Numbered from the stretch's first letter, positions 1 through 11,234 are shown. The stretch: 64,000 bases of DNA from Acidobacteriota bacterium (GCA_040755995.1 JBFMAF010000028.1:128001-192000), one strand, 5' to 3'. The notes: generated by a model not told the origin, from the letters alone. Translations and numbers: made by a program.

Positions 1-859
<859 letters not shown>

Positions 860-1171
860 AGCGGATGCGCGGTGCCCCAATGCATGCGGTGACGATCGCG
901 GAGACCTCTGCGAGGGGCACGATCGAAATGAACCTTTGGGAGGCGGCGGTCTATCATTCGTGTCGAAGCTTTCAGACCAAGCCGGCGAAAGCGCCGCCTG
1001 TAGCAGAGGAGGCACCGTCTTCCTGCTACAATTCAAACAGAGAGCTGGCGGGCCACGAGACGTTCGTGCCCGCGGGTCAATTCGTCGACGAGCGACGCCG
1101 GCGAGGCTTCAACCTGAGCGAGCGCGTGGCATGCCTCGGCATTCCCCAGTCGGCGGTAGGAGCCGGGTTCG

Positions 1172-2815
1172 CTATTCCTTGACCGTGAACGGTACGACGT
1201 TGCTCTTCACGGAGCCGACCTTGACGTAGACGCCGTACTTCTTCCCGCCGACGCAGCCGGTCGGTATAGTGACAGTCAGCTTCGTCGTCGTGGCGTTCTT
1301 CACCGCACCGGCGAGTGCGCCGAAATAGACGGCGTTCCCGCTCGTCGTCGGGCTGAATCCCGAGCCGCAGATGATCGCGGGCTTTCCTGCCTTGGAGGTC
1401 TGGGAGACAATGGAGTCAATCGATACACCCGATGCTTGCAGCTTCGCTGCGAAGCCTTCCCAATCCGTCGAGAAGCGTCTCACAGGCGACCCCCACGTGA
1501 TGTAGCTGGACCCGGCGACACTGAGGTTCCCGCTGGGAGCCAGGGCCAGATCGTGGCCACGGTCTGGACCGGCTCCACCCAGGAATGTGTTCCATCGAAT
1601 TGTGCCGTTGCTGGCGAGCTTCGCCACGAATGCGTCGTCAAGCGCCGTGAACGGCCGCTGCGGAACACCCCAGGTCCAACCGCTGCTCCCCGTGACATAG
1701 ACCTCTCCGCGGCGGTCCACCGTGATGCCATTGCCCGCGTCAGCGGGGCCCGCGCCCAGGAAGGTGTTCCAGATCAGGATGCCGCTGCCGGAGAGCTTCG
1801 CAACGAAGGCGTCCGTATCGGCTGTGTATGCCCTCACCGGCGACCCCCAGGTGTAGCTGCTATTGCCCGTGAGGTAGACGTTTCCGCCGCCGTCCACGGC
1901 AGGATCATGCGCCACCTCGTTCCCGAACGCGCCCAGGAAGGTGTTCCAGATCAGGGTGCCGTTGGATGCCAGCTTCGCCACGAACGCGTCCTGGTACCCC
2001 GTGTATGGCCTTCGCGGCGACCCCCACGTGCCCCAACTGTCGCCGGCGACATAGACGTTACCGATGCCGTCTGCCTCAATTCCAAGACCCCGATCGCCAC
2101 CGGGTCCGCCGAGGAAGGTGTTCCAGATCAGGGAACCATCGCTCGTGAGCTTCGCTATGAAGCTATCATCCTGCCCTGAGTAGGGCCTTACCGGCGAGCC
2201 CCAGTCTTCAACCGTGGTGCCTCCGACATAGATGTTTCCTCCGCCGTCCACCGCGACAGCCGAATTGTCCTCGACTGAGGGCCCGCCGAGGAAGGTGTTC
2301 CAGATCAGGGAACCATCGCCGGCGAGCTCCGCCACGAACATGTCGTCAGTTCCTGTGTAGGGTCTTCTCGGCGACCCCCAGGTGGCGCGGCTCTGGCCGG
2401 CGACGTATATTCTCCCACCCGGGCCCACGGCGATTCCGGTGCCGAGGTCGTCCGATCCTCCGCCCAGGAATGTGTTCCACGTAAGGGCTCCTGTGCACGA
2501 GAACCTGGCGACGTACGCGTCGCTGCCGGATGTATACCGTCTCCGAGGCGTGCCCCACGTTGTGGTGCTCTTGCCGACGACATACACGTTCCCACTCGCG
2601 TCCACCGCGATACCGGTGGCGTCATCACGGAGCGCTCCGCCCAGAAAACTGTTCCAGACGAGCCCGCCTTCCGCGGCGCTGACGCTGTCGAAGCCCTCGG
2701 CGCTCCCCCCCGAACCGGGCTGGCAGACGTCGCCGGCATTCGGCGCACCTGAGGGCAGAGCCAGGCAAACCAGACAGCCGAAGACCATCGTGGCTCCGAG
2801 AACCCGATACCTCAT
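1172..2815 (-). CDS. Secreted SBBP-repeat beta-propeller protein with C-terminal IPT/TIG-like domain
   Basis: Signal peptide; 7 repeats of about 59 aa (WNTFLGG..D....IAVD..GN.YV.G); 177-bp DNA periodicity; C-terminal GSGFS...N.VYFG...L.V.IP; RBS AGGAGG. Confidence 0.85.
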   Translation of the reverse strand: MRYRVLGATMVFGCLVCLALPSGAPNAGDVCQPGSGGSAEGFDSVSAAEGGLVWNSFLGGALRDDATGIAVDASGNVYVVGKSTTTWGTPRRRYTSGSDAYVARFSCTGALTWNTFLGGGSDDLGTGIAVGPGGRIYVAGQSRATWGSPRRPYTGTDDMFVAELAGDGSLIWNTFLGGPSVEDNSAVAVDGGGNIYVGGTTVEDWGSPVRPYSGQDDSFIAKLTSDGSLIWNTFLGGPGGDRGLGIEADGIGNVYVAGDSWGTWGSPRRPYTGYQDAFVAKLASNGTLIWNTFLGAFGNEVAHDPAVDGGGNVYLTGNSSYTWGSPVRAYTADTDAFVAKLSGSGILIWNTFLGAGPADAGNGITVDRRGEVYVTGSSGWTWGVPQRPFTALDDAFVAKLASNGTIRWNTFLGGAGPDRGHDLALAPSGNLSVAGSSYITWGSPVRRFSTDWEGFAAKLQASGVSIDSIVSQTSKAGKPAIICGSGFSPTTSGNAVYFGALAGAVKNATTTKLTVTIPTGCVGGKKYGVYVKVGSVKSNVVPFTVKE

Positions 2816-2984
2816 TGTTCTCCTCCTTGCTGGCCCGTTCGGGTCAGAGATCCCAAATCATGCACCAGAGGCAGCTCGCAACCACCGAGCATATCATCAA
2901 CAGCTCGAACCCAATGTTACGCAGGCCCCATCTCATCGGTCTGACCCTGCCAGCAATCCCGCGGAGCGTACCGAGGAGGGGTGG

Positions 2985-5255
2985 CTAGTGACGCGACCCC
3001 TGTGAGGTACGTCCGGGCGAGCCGCCGCCCTTGGCCACGAACTGAAAGTCCGCCAGGCCCGTCTCCTGGATGTCGTGAATGGTATCGTCGGCCGACACGA
3101 CCAGGCTGTACCTCCCTGGACTCAGCTCCGGAAGACGAATGCTGAAGAGCATCTCCGCTGCCCCGCCGGGGTCCGTGTTGAGGCTGACCAACTCGGCGCC
3201 GGGCTGCCCGAGCGCTTCGCCGGTCTGGCTTCGCACCTGCCACGTGAGTCGGACCAGAGGCCGGCCGGTGGCGGCGTCGATTGGAGCATCGTAGAGCTTG
3301 ATGAGCAAAGGGTAGCTCGCACCGGGCGTGCACTGCGGCACGGACGCTGCCACCAAAGGTTTCGATCGAAATGTCAGCGGGTACTCCTGCCGAACGCCGC
3401 CAGGTTCAGCCGGGGGCTCGGTCCAGTACCTCCCCCTGACGCTCAGCACCCCGCCACCGGTGGAGACAAAGCACGGAGTGACCATGTGGAGCCGCGGCTC
3501 GTCGAATCGCGGGACGCTCACCTGGCGGCTGCACAGTCCCGTCAGTCCCGACACCGGATCGCGAACGATCACCTTCAGGGAGTACTCGCCAGGGCTGAGC
3601 TCCAGCCCTTCAGTGTAGGAGATGCCGCCGTTCGAAGCGCGCTGGAAAGCGGCATCATCGCTGAAGTCCGGAATCGCGTGGAAGAAGCCCCGCGTATTCT
3701 CCGACGCGTCGATGGCGAATGCATAGATCTCCACTCGGCGCTGAGCCAGATGCTGCACCTGGTCCCCGGGCACGCCGACCTGGACCACAGCGAGTGCTCT
3801 TCCGCCGGAAGCCCCGCCTCTTGGCGGGAAACAATATGTCGCAGTCGAGAGCGCCATGCCGTCCAGATCGACGCCGAGATTCACGAGACGCGCGATGTGA
3901 AGGTCCTTCTCAAGAGGTGTGTAGGCCGAGAAGGGCTTCGTGTCGTAGTAGCCGCGGCGGTAGGAGATGTCGAGCCCAGGGCGAGTCACTTCGACCTTGA
4001 TCTGGTGGAACGCATCCGGGGGTCTGCCGCCAGGCGGAGTGTACGTGAGGAGGTAGTACTGCTGCGTATCCGCCACCACGCGCGCCAGCGGCTTCGTGAG
4101 GTCGTTGGTGTTCATGATGAGTTCGCCGCCGGCTTCCGATGCCATGAACCCCAACGCCGCCTGGTGATCAGCTCGGACGACCGAATTTATCCCCGCGACA
4201 AGGCCGGATTGGTTGGAGCTTTCCGAGGCGTCGAGGCCCGATGGGTCGATGCAGTAGAGCCGGCAGTCGGAGCCGGCGAACGCGGCCATGGCAGTGGCAA
4301 CGGCATCGGCGACGGCTGTCTCGATCTTGGGCATGAAGCGATCCATCGTAAACACGAATCTGCGGTTGGTGTCATGTCGCAATTCGGTCTCGCGGTTGCT
4401 GGTGAAGCCGGTTGTGGAGTCGAAGCCGGTCGAGAATAGGAGCACGATCTTGCGTCCGGGGAGCACGTTCAATGACGATGCGAGACTTCGAAGGTCTTCG
4501 GCATAGTCGCGGACTGTCAGCCGATACGTGTCACGGTCGAACCGGTTGATCGCGACAAAATGCTCCGGGTTGGAGTACATCCCATAGAAGTGCCCCACCA
4601 TTATCTCGGTGATCCCGTCTCGCATGCGTCCAGGCAGGCCGGGTCCTTCGCCAGTTCCTTCCGCCTCAATCTCGTCCGGCAGGGGGTAGTTGGCCATGCC
4701 GGCGGAGCGGGCGGCGGCATCGGAGTCCTTCCGAGCCCCCAGGGTGGCCAGCGCGTGCATGATCTGCCAGCGATCGGACGTGAAATTGGTGCACAGGCTC
4801 ACACCGTGCGATCGCGTGATCGAGAAGACCGCCACGGGGCTCTCGCTGGGGATCTGGCGCTGCACCATATCCCACGCAGCGTCCCGAGCCTTCTCGATCG
4901 CGGAGGCCTCGTTGTAGACCAGGTCGAAGAGCAGGACGAAGTGCCTCTGGAGGGCCGGCTGGGCGCCCACGACCCGCGGTAGCGCCGCCCCGGCTGCCGT
5001 CTCATCCGTTGCGATGCCAGAGGAGAGAACCACCAGGTCCGCCGATTGAATCTCCTGAGGCTTGCCATCTTCGAGAAGACGGAACTCGCTGAGTTTCAGA
5101 TCGCTCACAGGGCGGCCGTCAGGTCCGGTCACATAGACAGGCACCTCGACCGCAAGTACCCGGGCCTCTTCCTGCGGACTGGTGTCCTCCGCAAGCAGAA
5201 ACCCCAATCCCCCGGCCACCAAGACCGCCACACTCAGCAGGCTCATCAGTCGCAT
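2985..5255 (-). CDS. VWA-domain protein (acidobacterial VWFA-related type)
   Basis: Signal peptide; V.VPVYVT...GRPV.DL...EF.LLEDGKPQ.I; LLFD; GRKIVLLFS.G; QYYLLTYTP...FH.IKVEV.RPGL.I.YRRGY; start chosen at ATG after GGAGG. Confidence 0.85.
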   Translation of the reverse strand: MRLMSLLSVAVLVAGGLGFLLAEDTSPQEEARVLAVEVPVYVTGPDGRPVSDLKLSEFRLLEDGKPQEIQSADLVVLSSGIATDETAAGAALPRVVGAQPALQRHFVLLFDLVYNEASAIEKARDAAWDMVQRQIPSESPVAVFSITRSHGVSLCTNFTSDRWQIMHALATLGARKDSDAAARSAGMANYPLPDEIEAEGTGEGPGLPGRMRDGITEIMVGHFYGMYSNPEHFVAINRFDRDTYRLTVRDYAEDLRSLASSLNVLPGRKIVLLFSTGFDSTTGFTSNRETELRHDTNRRFVFTMDRFMPKIETAVADAVATAMAAFAGSDCRLYCIDPSGLDASESSNQSGLVAGINSVVRADHQAALGFMASEAGGELIMNTNDLTKPLARVVADTQQYYLLTYTPPGGRPPDAFHQIKVEVTRPGLDISYRRGYYDTKPFSAYTPLEKDLHIARLVNLGVDLDGMALSTATYCFPPRGGASGGRALAVVQVGVPGDQVQHLAQRRVEIYAFAIDASENTRGFFHAIPDFSDDAAFQRASNGGISYTEGLELSPGEYSLKVIVRDPVSGLTGLCSRQVSVPRFDEPRLHMVTPCFVSTGGGVLSVRGRYWTEPPAEPGGVRQEYPLTFRSKPLVAASVPQCTPGASYPLLIKLYDAPIDAATGRPLVRLTWQVRSQTGEALGQPGAELVSLNTDPGGAAEMLFSIRLPELSPGRYSLVVSADDTIHDIQETGLADFQFVAKGGGSPGRTSQGSRH

Positions 5256-5303
5256 GCTCGAATCCTCCCCTGAGAGGTCACCCGATGATAACACTCTACG
5301 ACT

Positions 5304-5333
5304 CATGATAGCAGAATGGGTGGGATGCGCAAG
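5304..5333 (-). promoter_or_regulatory. Putative sigma70 promoter (TTGCGC-16-TATCAT, extended -10 TG), copy 1 of a 30-bp direct repeat
   Basis: 28/30 identical to 6121-6150; upstream of VWA gene. Confidence 0.55.
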
Positions 5334-5439
5334 GTCGCGCGAGGAAGGAAACGGCCAGCCAGGTGGGACTACCGCGCGAGGCAGTCCTTCGATCCGGTAC
5401 TCCCTGCTGCGGGTCCGGATCGTGAGCTGCCGGACGAGG

Positions 5440-6105
5440 CTACTTCTTCCGCTTCTTCTCCTTCGGGGCCCAGCGGTGGGCGTCGAGCGCCTGCACTACG
5501 CGCTCTCGAATGCGGGGGCTGACGTCCTCGTCGTTGGCCAGACTGATGAGCGGGTCTTTGGCCCGGGGATCTCCGATCTGGTCGAGGCACTCGATCGCGG
5601 CCAGGCGCAGGCTGTCGTCGTAACTCTGGAGGTAGGCGATGGCGGGCTCGATCGCCCGTGGATCTCTCATTTCCGTCAGCACCGACAGGACCGGCGTGAT
5701 CTGATTGGGGCGGGCCGAATGCGGCCCCACGTCTCTCAGCACCGACATGAGCTCGTCCACCAGCGCGTCTCCGCTGAGGATCTCCCTCAGGCAATCGATA
5801 GCGAGGACCGCATCGGCCTCGCGGCGTATGAACTTGCGAATGCCTGGCAGGGCCTTGTCCCGCATCTGTACGATGAGATCCTGAACGTGACGCTTCTCCT
5901 GCAGGTCCTCCGATATCTTCTCCGAGACAGCCAGGAATCGTCTGAGCAGCCCGTAGACTGCGTCGTCGGTGCCGATCTCAGCAAGCGCATCCGCCGCCGA
6001 CCATCGCTCTTCGCTCGGGCCGTATCGCTCGCACAGCTTCCGGATCAGGCCATCGGTTCGGCGTCTCTTCCGGCCCTCAGCGGACAGCAGATCCTTTATG
6101 CTCAT
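5440..6105 (-). CDS. HEAT-repeat protein
   Basis: ERWSAADALAEIG, RLAAIECLDQIGDPRAKDPL, IRERVVQAL HEAT-like motifs. Confidence 0.75.
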   Translation of the reverse strand: MSIKDLLSAEGRKRRRTDGLIRKLCERYGPSEERWSAADALAEIGTDDAVYGLLRRFLAVSEKISEDLQEKRHVQDLIVQMRDKALPGIRKFIRREADAVLAIDCLREILSGDALVDELMSVLRDVGPHSARPNQITPVLSVLTEMRDPRAIEPAIAYLQSYDDSLRLAAIECLDQIGDPRAKDPLISLANDEDVSPRIRERVVQALDAHRWAPKEKKRKK

Positions 6106-6120
6106 GGACTCTCCGCGCTG

Positions 6121-6150
6121 CATGATAGCAGAATGGGTGAGACGCGCAAG
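6121..6150 (-). promoter_or_regulatory. Putative sigma70 promoter, copy 2 of 30-bp direct repeat
   Basis: 28/30 identical to 5304-5333; upstream of HEAT gene. Confidence 0.55.
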
Positions 6151-6295
6151 CGCGAGAAGAGACCGTCACTATCAACCGGCGGTTGACGGTTCATAACCCG
6201 GTTTATGACCTTCGGGATGGCTTCATGGCCGGACGCTCACCGGACTCGCCGTAGTATCAACGGGTTGACATGAGAGGGACTAGCGGATCCGGAGT

Positions 6296-6311
6296 TGGCA
6301 TGAACGCTGCA
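6296..6311 (+). promoter_or_regulatory. Putative sigma54 -24/-12 promoter
   Basis: TGGCATGAACGCTGCA has GG-N10-GC spacing; about 180 bp upstream of hybrid kinase. Confidence 0.5.
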
Positions 6312-6490
6312 ATTGAGAGACGATGTGTAGATTTGACAAACCAGCGGGCTAATGACACTCTTTCGAACGTCGGCAAGTGGGGAAGGAACGGGTCGCGCCC
6401 CCATGACTTGATAGCAGGTGCGAGGATGATCCAGGGATGTTTTCGTGCAGTTCGCATTCCGCGGTGAGGCGGGGTCGTGGAGGTGCGCGC

Positions 6491-8272
6491 ATGAAAGACG
6501 TCGCGAAGGTCAAGGAGGAGCTCGCGGGGGTGCTTGCGGACATGCGCCACAGAATTGCCGAGCTGGAGGCCGCCGCCGCGGTCTACAAGAAGACTGAGGA
6601 GGAGCTGAGGGCGCTGAAGTGGGCGGTCGAACACATGCAGATCGGGGTCACAATCTCGAACGGGCGAGGCCAGATCATTTACACCAACCCGGCTGAAGCG
6701 AGGATACACGGGTATCAAGTCGATGAGCTGATCGGGAGGGACGCTCGCTGTTTCGCGCCCCCGGAGACATGGCGGCCGCTCACGCGCGACCGCATGAAGG
6801 AGGTCCAGAGCCTGAGGCGCGAGACGGTCAATGTGCGGAAAGACGGCACGCGCTTCCCTGTCCGCCTGCTCTCGGATGTACTCACGGACAGTGGAGGCGA
6901 ACCGATCGGCATGGTGACCACATGCGAAGACATCACGGAGCGGAAACGCGTCGAGGAAGAGCTGCAATTGGCGCATGAGGAGCTGGAGCGACGAGTTCAG
7001 TCGCGGACGGCCGAGCTGTCGAAGACGATCGCTGTGCTGAAGGAGCAGATTGCGGAGCGGAAGCGGGCCGAGGACGCGATGCAGAGGATGCAATCGCAGC
7101 TGCTGCAGGCCCAGAAGATGGAAGCTGTCGGCACGCTTGCAGGGGGTGTGGCACACGATTTCAACAACCTGTTGACGGCGATCCAGGGGCACCTGGAGAT
7201 GGCCATGTTGCGGATACAAGAGTCGGATCCGCTGTACCGCGATCTCAAGAAGACGCGGCTCTCGGCCACGCGCGCCGCAGACCTCACCCGCAAACTGTTG
7301 CTCTTCAGCCGCAGGCAGCCCATGGAGTTCACCTCGGTCAGCATCAACAAGACCATAGAGAACTTCATGCGAATCCTGGACCGGCTGATCGGAGAGGACA
7401 TTGCAGTGGAGACCAGACTGGCGCCGGACATCTGGCCGCTGTGGGCCGATGAAGGCACCATCGAACAGGTGATCATGAACCTCGTGCTGAACGCGAGGGA
7501 TGCCATGCCGGAGGGGGGCAAGATCACGATAGAGACGAAGAACGCGACGCTCACCGAGGAAGACTGCGCGGACACCTCCGAGGCGCGCCCGGGCAGGTTC
7601 GTGCGCCTGGCAGTCGCGGATACCGGCGTCGGGATGGGCCAGTCCGTTCTGTCGCACATCTTCGAGCCGTTCTTCACCACGAAGGAGGCCGGGAAGGGCA
7701 CCGGCCTTGGTCTCTCCGTCGTATACGGGATTGTCAAGCAGCACGGCGGGTGGGTCTGCGTTCTGACTGCGCCGGGAGCCGGCTCGGAGTTCGTCGTCTA
7801 CATCCCCAGCCTGCACGCGAAGCCTGCGGAGGCTCCGGAGGAGGTCACGAGCTTGGAGGGACTGCAGGGCAACGGCGAGTGCGTCCTGCTGGTAGAGGAC
7901 GAGGCCGGGGTCCTCGAAGTGGCCGGGCGCGCTTTGCGCGAAAACGGATATACGGTGCTGGAGGCGACGAGCTTCGCCGAGGCCGTCGATATGTATCGGG
8001 CGCAGGACAAGCAGATCAAGCTGCTGTTCAGCGACGTGGTCCTCCCCGACAAGAGCGGCGTGCAACTCGCCGATGAGCTGCTCTCAATGAACCGCCGGCT
8101 CAAGGTGCTCCTGACCAGCGGCTACACCGAGCAGAGGTCGCAGGCAAGACAGATCCGGGACCGAGGTATTCGCTTCCTCCCGAAGCCGTACTCCCTCACC
8201 GACCTGCTGCGTACGGTGAAGGAGATTGTCGAATCCGGAGGGGAGCCCGCCAGCGAGCCGGCGTCAGCCTGA
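6491..8272 (+). CDS. PAS-domain hybrid sensor histidine kinase/response regulator (CckA-like)
   Basis: PAS/PAC; H-box GVAHDFNNLL; N-box NLVLNARDAM; G-boxes DTGVG and FFTTK..GKGTGLGL; receiver LLVEDE...LFSDVVLP...KP. Confidence 0.95.
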   Translation: MKDVAKVKEELAGVLADMRHRIAELEAAAAVYKKTEEELRALKWAVEHMQIGVTISNGRGQIIYTNPAEARIHGYQVDELIGRDARCFAPPETWRPLTRDRMKEVQSLRRETVNVRKDGTRFPVRLLSDVLTDSGGEPIGMVTTCEDITERKRVEEELQLAHEELERRVQSRTAELSKTIAVLKEQIAERKRAEDAMQRMQSQLLQAQKMEAVGTLAGGVAHDFNNLLTAIQGHLEMAMLRIQESDPLYRDLKKTRLSATRAADLTRKLLLFSRRQPMEFTSVSINKTIENFMRILDRLIGEDIAVETRLAPDIWPLWADEGTIEQVIMNLVLNARDAMPEGGKITIETKNATLTEEDCADTSEARPGRFVRLAVADTGVGMGQSVLSHIFEPFFTTKEAGKGTGLGLSVVYGIVKQHGGWVCVLTAPGAGSEFVVYIPSLHAKPAEAPEEVTSLEGLQGNGECVLLVEDEAGVLEVAGRALRENGYTVLEATSFAEAVDMYRAQDKQIKLLFSDVVLPDKSGVQLADELLSMNRRLKVLLTSGYTEQRSQARQIRDRGIRFLPKPYSLTDLLRTVKEIVESGGEPASEPASA

Positions 8273-8599
8273 TCCCGAACCCGGCGCCCCCGGCGTCTGT
8301 TGTGATAAGCCGCCGGTTGGGAGAAGACGGAATGCGGCCCTCACCTTCCGATTCAGCGCCCATCACCCTTGGTTGCCGGGCGTGGTCTACGAGGTGAACT
8401 CGATCTCAACCGCAGACCCTGCGCCTGACGGACGCCCGCCAGTGTTGACGTCCACGTCCACAAATGCGAGGGTGATGACTTCGGAGTACGCTACCGTCGC
8501 ATCGACGCCACCCGAGATGCGTGGCGTCTGAATTTCGAATAGAATATAATCAAGTGCTTGTAGGAAATTGGAAAAGGGCACGCGGACCGAAGTAATGTC

Positions 8600-9685
8600 A
8601 TGACGAGCACGCCGAGAAGAGGCGGTCCTCCTTCAAAGGAGGTCCTGGAGCTCTCCCGCAAGGGCGATCAGTTTCTGAAACAGCAGCGGTATGAGGATGC
8701 TGAAGACGCCTTCATGAAGGCGCTGGCCGTCGATCGTGAGAATCCATATGTCCTTGTGGGCCTGGGCGATCTCTACCGGCAGACCAAGGAGTTCCACAGG
8801 TCGATCGACTTTTACTCGCGCGTGCTCGCTACCGACCCCGCCAACATCTTCGCGCTGCGCGGCATCGGCGATTCCTACCGCGGGTTGAACCAGCCCAGCA
8901 AGGCAATCGGCTACTGGGAGCGATACCTCACGCACAACCCCGACGACTACCGCGTAATGACGCGGCTCGGGGATGCCCACAAGAGGCTCAAGCGGTTCGC
9001 CGAGTCCGAGTCTTATTACAAGCAGTCGATATCGCTGAATTCCACCAATAGCTACGCGCTCATGGGCATAGGTGACCTCTACTTCAAATGGCAACGGTAC
9101 GATCAGGCGTTGGAGTTCTTCGACAGGCTCCTTGCCATCGATGGCAGCTTCGTCAATATCCTCACGATGGCCGGCAACATCTGCCGATGGAAGAAGGAGT
9201 ACGCCAGGGCGAAGGGGTACTACGAACGCACGCTGAGGATCGAGCCGGAAAACGTGTATGCCGTAGTCGGCATGGCCGATTGCGCGCGCGGCGAGAACGC
9301 TTGCGCAGAGGCAATCGGCTGGTGGTCAAAGGCGCTGAAGAGAGAACCCGACAACCAGATGCTCCTTTCCCGGATCGGGGACGCACACCTGAATCTCGGC
9401 GAGCTCTCGCAGGCCGAGGCCTGTTTCACGAGGAGCCTGGAGATCGGATTCGATCCGTGGGCGCTGCTGGGGATGTCGCGGCTGCGCCGCGCGCAGGGAC
9501 AGCACCAGGCGGCAATCGACGCGTGTGGACAGATCCTCCAGCGGCTGCCTCAGCATGCACGTGCGCTCGAAGAGATCGTCAATGCACTTGTCGAATCTGG
9601 CGATGAGGCGAGGGCCCGGGAGTATCAGGCCAGGCTCGGAGCCCTTCGCCCGGAGGCGCCCGAGCAGCCGGAGAGTCTCCCGTAG
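8600..9685 (+). CDS. Tetratricopeptide-repeat protein
   Basis: About 9 consecutive 34-aa TPR-like repeats (LGD.Y...A...Y...L..DP.N). Confidence 0.9.
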   Translation: MTSTPRRGGPPSKEVLELSRKGDQFLKQQRYEDAEDAFMKALAVDRENPYVLVGLGDLYRQTKEFHRSIDFYSRVLATDPANIFALRGIGDSYRGLNQPSKAIGYWERYLTHNPDDYRVMTRLGDAHKRLKRFAESESYYKQSISLNSTNSYALMGIGDLYFKWQRYDQALEFFDRLLAIDGSFVNILTMAGNICRWKKEYARAKGYYERTLRIEPENVYAVVGMADCARGENACAEAIGWWSKALKREPDNQMLLSRIGDAHLNLGELSQAEACFTRSLEIGFDPWALLGMSRLRRAQGQHQAAIDACGQILQRLPQHARALEEIVNALVESGDEARAREYQARLGALRPEAPEQPESLP

Positions 9686-9809
9686 GAGCTGCCGGCAGGG
9701 ATCCCGGGCCAGGGGCCCCTGCGGCTCCTCCAGTTCTTCGCCAGGCTCACGACTGGCAATTGGCGCCGGGGCGCCCGGGCTCCGCGGCCCTGCGGCCCTG
9801 CCGGCGAAA

Positions 9810-9838
9810 TTGACAACCCTCTGCCCCGATGGTATTTT
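9810..9838 (+). promoter_or_regulatory. sigma70 promoter for tRNA operon
   Basis: TTGACA-17-TATTTT with extended -10 TG. Confidence 0.65.
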
Positions 9839-9848
9839 CTACGCCGTT

Positions 9849-9925
9849 GCGCGTGTAGCTCAGTTGGATAGAGCAGAGGTTTCCTAAACCTCGCGCCGGG
9901 GGTTCAAGTCCCTCCACGCGCGCCA
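9849..9925 (+). tRNA. tRNA-Arg(CCT)
   Basis: Cloverleaf: acceptor GCGCGTG/CACGCGC, D arm GCTC..GAGC, anticodon arm GAGGT-TTCCTAA-ACCTC, T loop TTCAAGT, 3' CCA. Confidence 0.97.
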
Positions 9926-9948
9926 AGCTGCCGGTGTATGGAGGATCG

Positions 9949-10665
9949 ATGAAGGCGGAAGTCAGACACAAGATGAAGCAGGACGAGTTCGTGAGCCTCT
10001 TTTCGCGGGTCACCTCCGCCGTCGCCGACAACCCCCGGCAGACCATCACGGCCCTCGCCATCGTTCTGGCACTGGTGGCGCTCTTCTTCGGTGCGGCAGC
10101 GTACCGGCGGGCGCAGATGAACAAGGCCAACATGCTCTTCCAGCAGGGGATGAACAGCTACTATGGTCAGCGCCTCGATGTACCACCACCCTCCAAGGAC
10201 GCCAAGCCGTCCCCCGACTACCGCGCGGCTCTGGCCAAGTTCAAGGAGGTGAGCGGCTACCGCCTCACGCCGCTCCGCGAACCGGCCCGTCTGATGACCG
10301 CAGTCTGTGAGGCGAAACTCAATCGGCAGAATGAGGCCAAGGCGGCGCTCGATGGTCTTTCGAAGGGTGCCCAGGACAGCTTCTACGGTCGCATGGCACG
10401 GTTTCTGCTGGCAGATGCCCTGTATCAGGCCGGCAAGTACGCCGAAGCGGCCAGGGCTTACGCCGAGCTGTCGCAGACGAACGATCCCAACTTCCCCACG
10501 GACTGCGCGTTGCTGGCTGCCGGGATGTCACAGGATCGCGCGGGCGACCGCGCCGCCGCCGTTGCGACCTTCAAGAAACTGAAGATTCAGTACCCGCTCT
10601 CATCATGCGCGAGCACGGCAGACGAAGAAATCCGGCGATTGGCCCCGGACCAGGCCGAGCAGTAG
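9949..10665 (+). CDS. Membrane-anchored TPR protein (YfgM-like)
   Basis: N-terminal RHKMKQDEF, single TM helix, then TPRs ending YP.S..A. Confidence 0.75.
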   Translation: MKAEVRHKMKQDEFVSLFSRVTSAVADNPRQTITALAIVLALVALFFGAAAYRRAQMNKANMLFQQGMNSYYGQRLDVPPPSKDAKPSPDYRAALAKFKEVSGYRLTPLREPARLMTAVCEAKLNRQNEAKAALDGLSKGAQDSFYGRMARFLLADALYQAGKYAEAARAYAELSQTNDPNFPTDCALLAAGMSQDRAGDRAAAVATFKKLKIQYPLSSCASTADEEIRRLAPDQAEQ

Positions 10666-10827
10666 AACGCCGGACGGGCTGAGCATCTCGACTGACCCGT
10701 GCCAGCCGGAAGGGCCGGCCAATCGGCCTTCGGCGGCCGGCGACCAACCACTCCGGCGCGCGATGAGCCGGAGAGGTCGGCCGGGAGCGCAGTGAGCCCG
10801 GCGCACCGTTTTCTTTTTGGCGTACGC

Positions 10828-10857
10828 TTGACACGCTGTTTACGTTTGTAGTATAGT
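10828..10857 (+). promoter_or_regulatory. sigma70 promoter overlapping a BlaI/CopY-type operator
   Basis: TTGACA-18-TATAGT; spacer contains TACGTTTGTA (one mismatch to TACAnnTGTA). Confidence 0.6.
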
Positions 10858-10934
10858 CCGGCTCGCTTGCTTATGTGATGTTCCCTGGAAGGGAGAAAAG
10901 GCGCCTTTGTCGAACTGGCCAGGAAGGATGAGTC

Positions 10935-11234
10935 ATGGCGAAATCTGACAAGAGACTTCTGCGCGATCTGGAACTTGAGGTCATGAATGAGATCTGGCGT
11001 ATGAAGAAGCTGCCGTTGCGCGGAGTGTTCGCCGAGATCGTGAAGCGGCGGAAGATCGCCTACACGACCGTCGCGACGGTGGTGGAGCGACTGGTGGTGA
11101 AGGGATTCATCAAGCGCCATGACGACCAGCCCATCTATCACTACTCGGCGAACATCAGTCAGAAGGAAGTCGTCGGGGCCTTCGTAAACCACATCAAGAA
11201 CCATATCTACGAAGGCCGGAAGTACCTTCACTAG
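10935..11234 (+). CDS. BlaI/MecI/CopY-family transcriptional repressor
   Basis: LELEVMNEIW...AYTTVATVVERLVVKGFI wHTH signature. Confidence 0.85.
   Translation: MAKSDKRLLRDLELEVMNEIWRMKKLPLRGVFAEIVKRRKIAYTTVATVVERLVVKGFIKRHDDQPIYHYSANISQKEVVGAFVNHIKNHIYEGRKYLH

Noticed and set aside
1560..2680. Regularly spaced about 25-bp repeats (GGAAGGTGTTCCAGATCAGG) resembling a CRISPR array
   Set aside because: The period is 177 bp (59 codons) inside an ORF and the intervening sequence is also homologous; these are protein repeats, and no cas genes are present
8387..8581. 64-aa minus-strand ORF
   Set aside because: No RBS or recognisable motif; overlaps the AT-rich promoter region of the TPR gene
9849..9925. 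tRNA-Arg as an integration site for the island
   Set aside because: No integrase nearby and no duplicated tRNA 3' end seen; the flanking genes look like core genes
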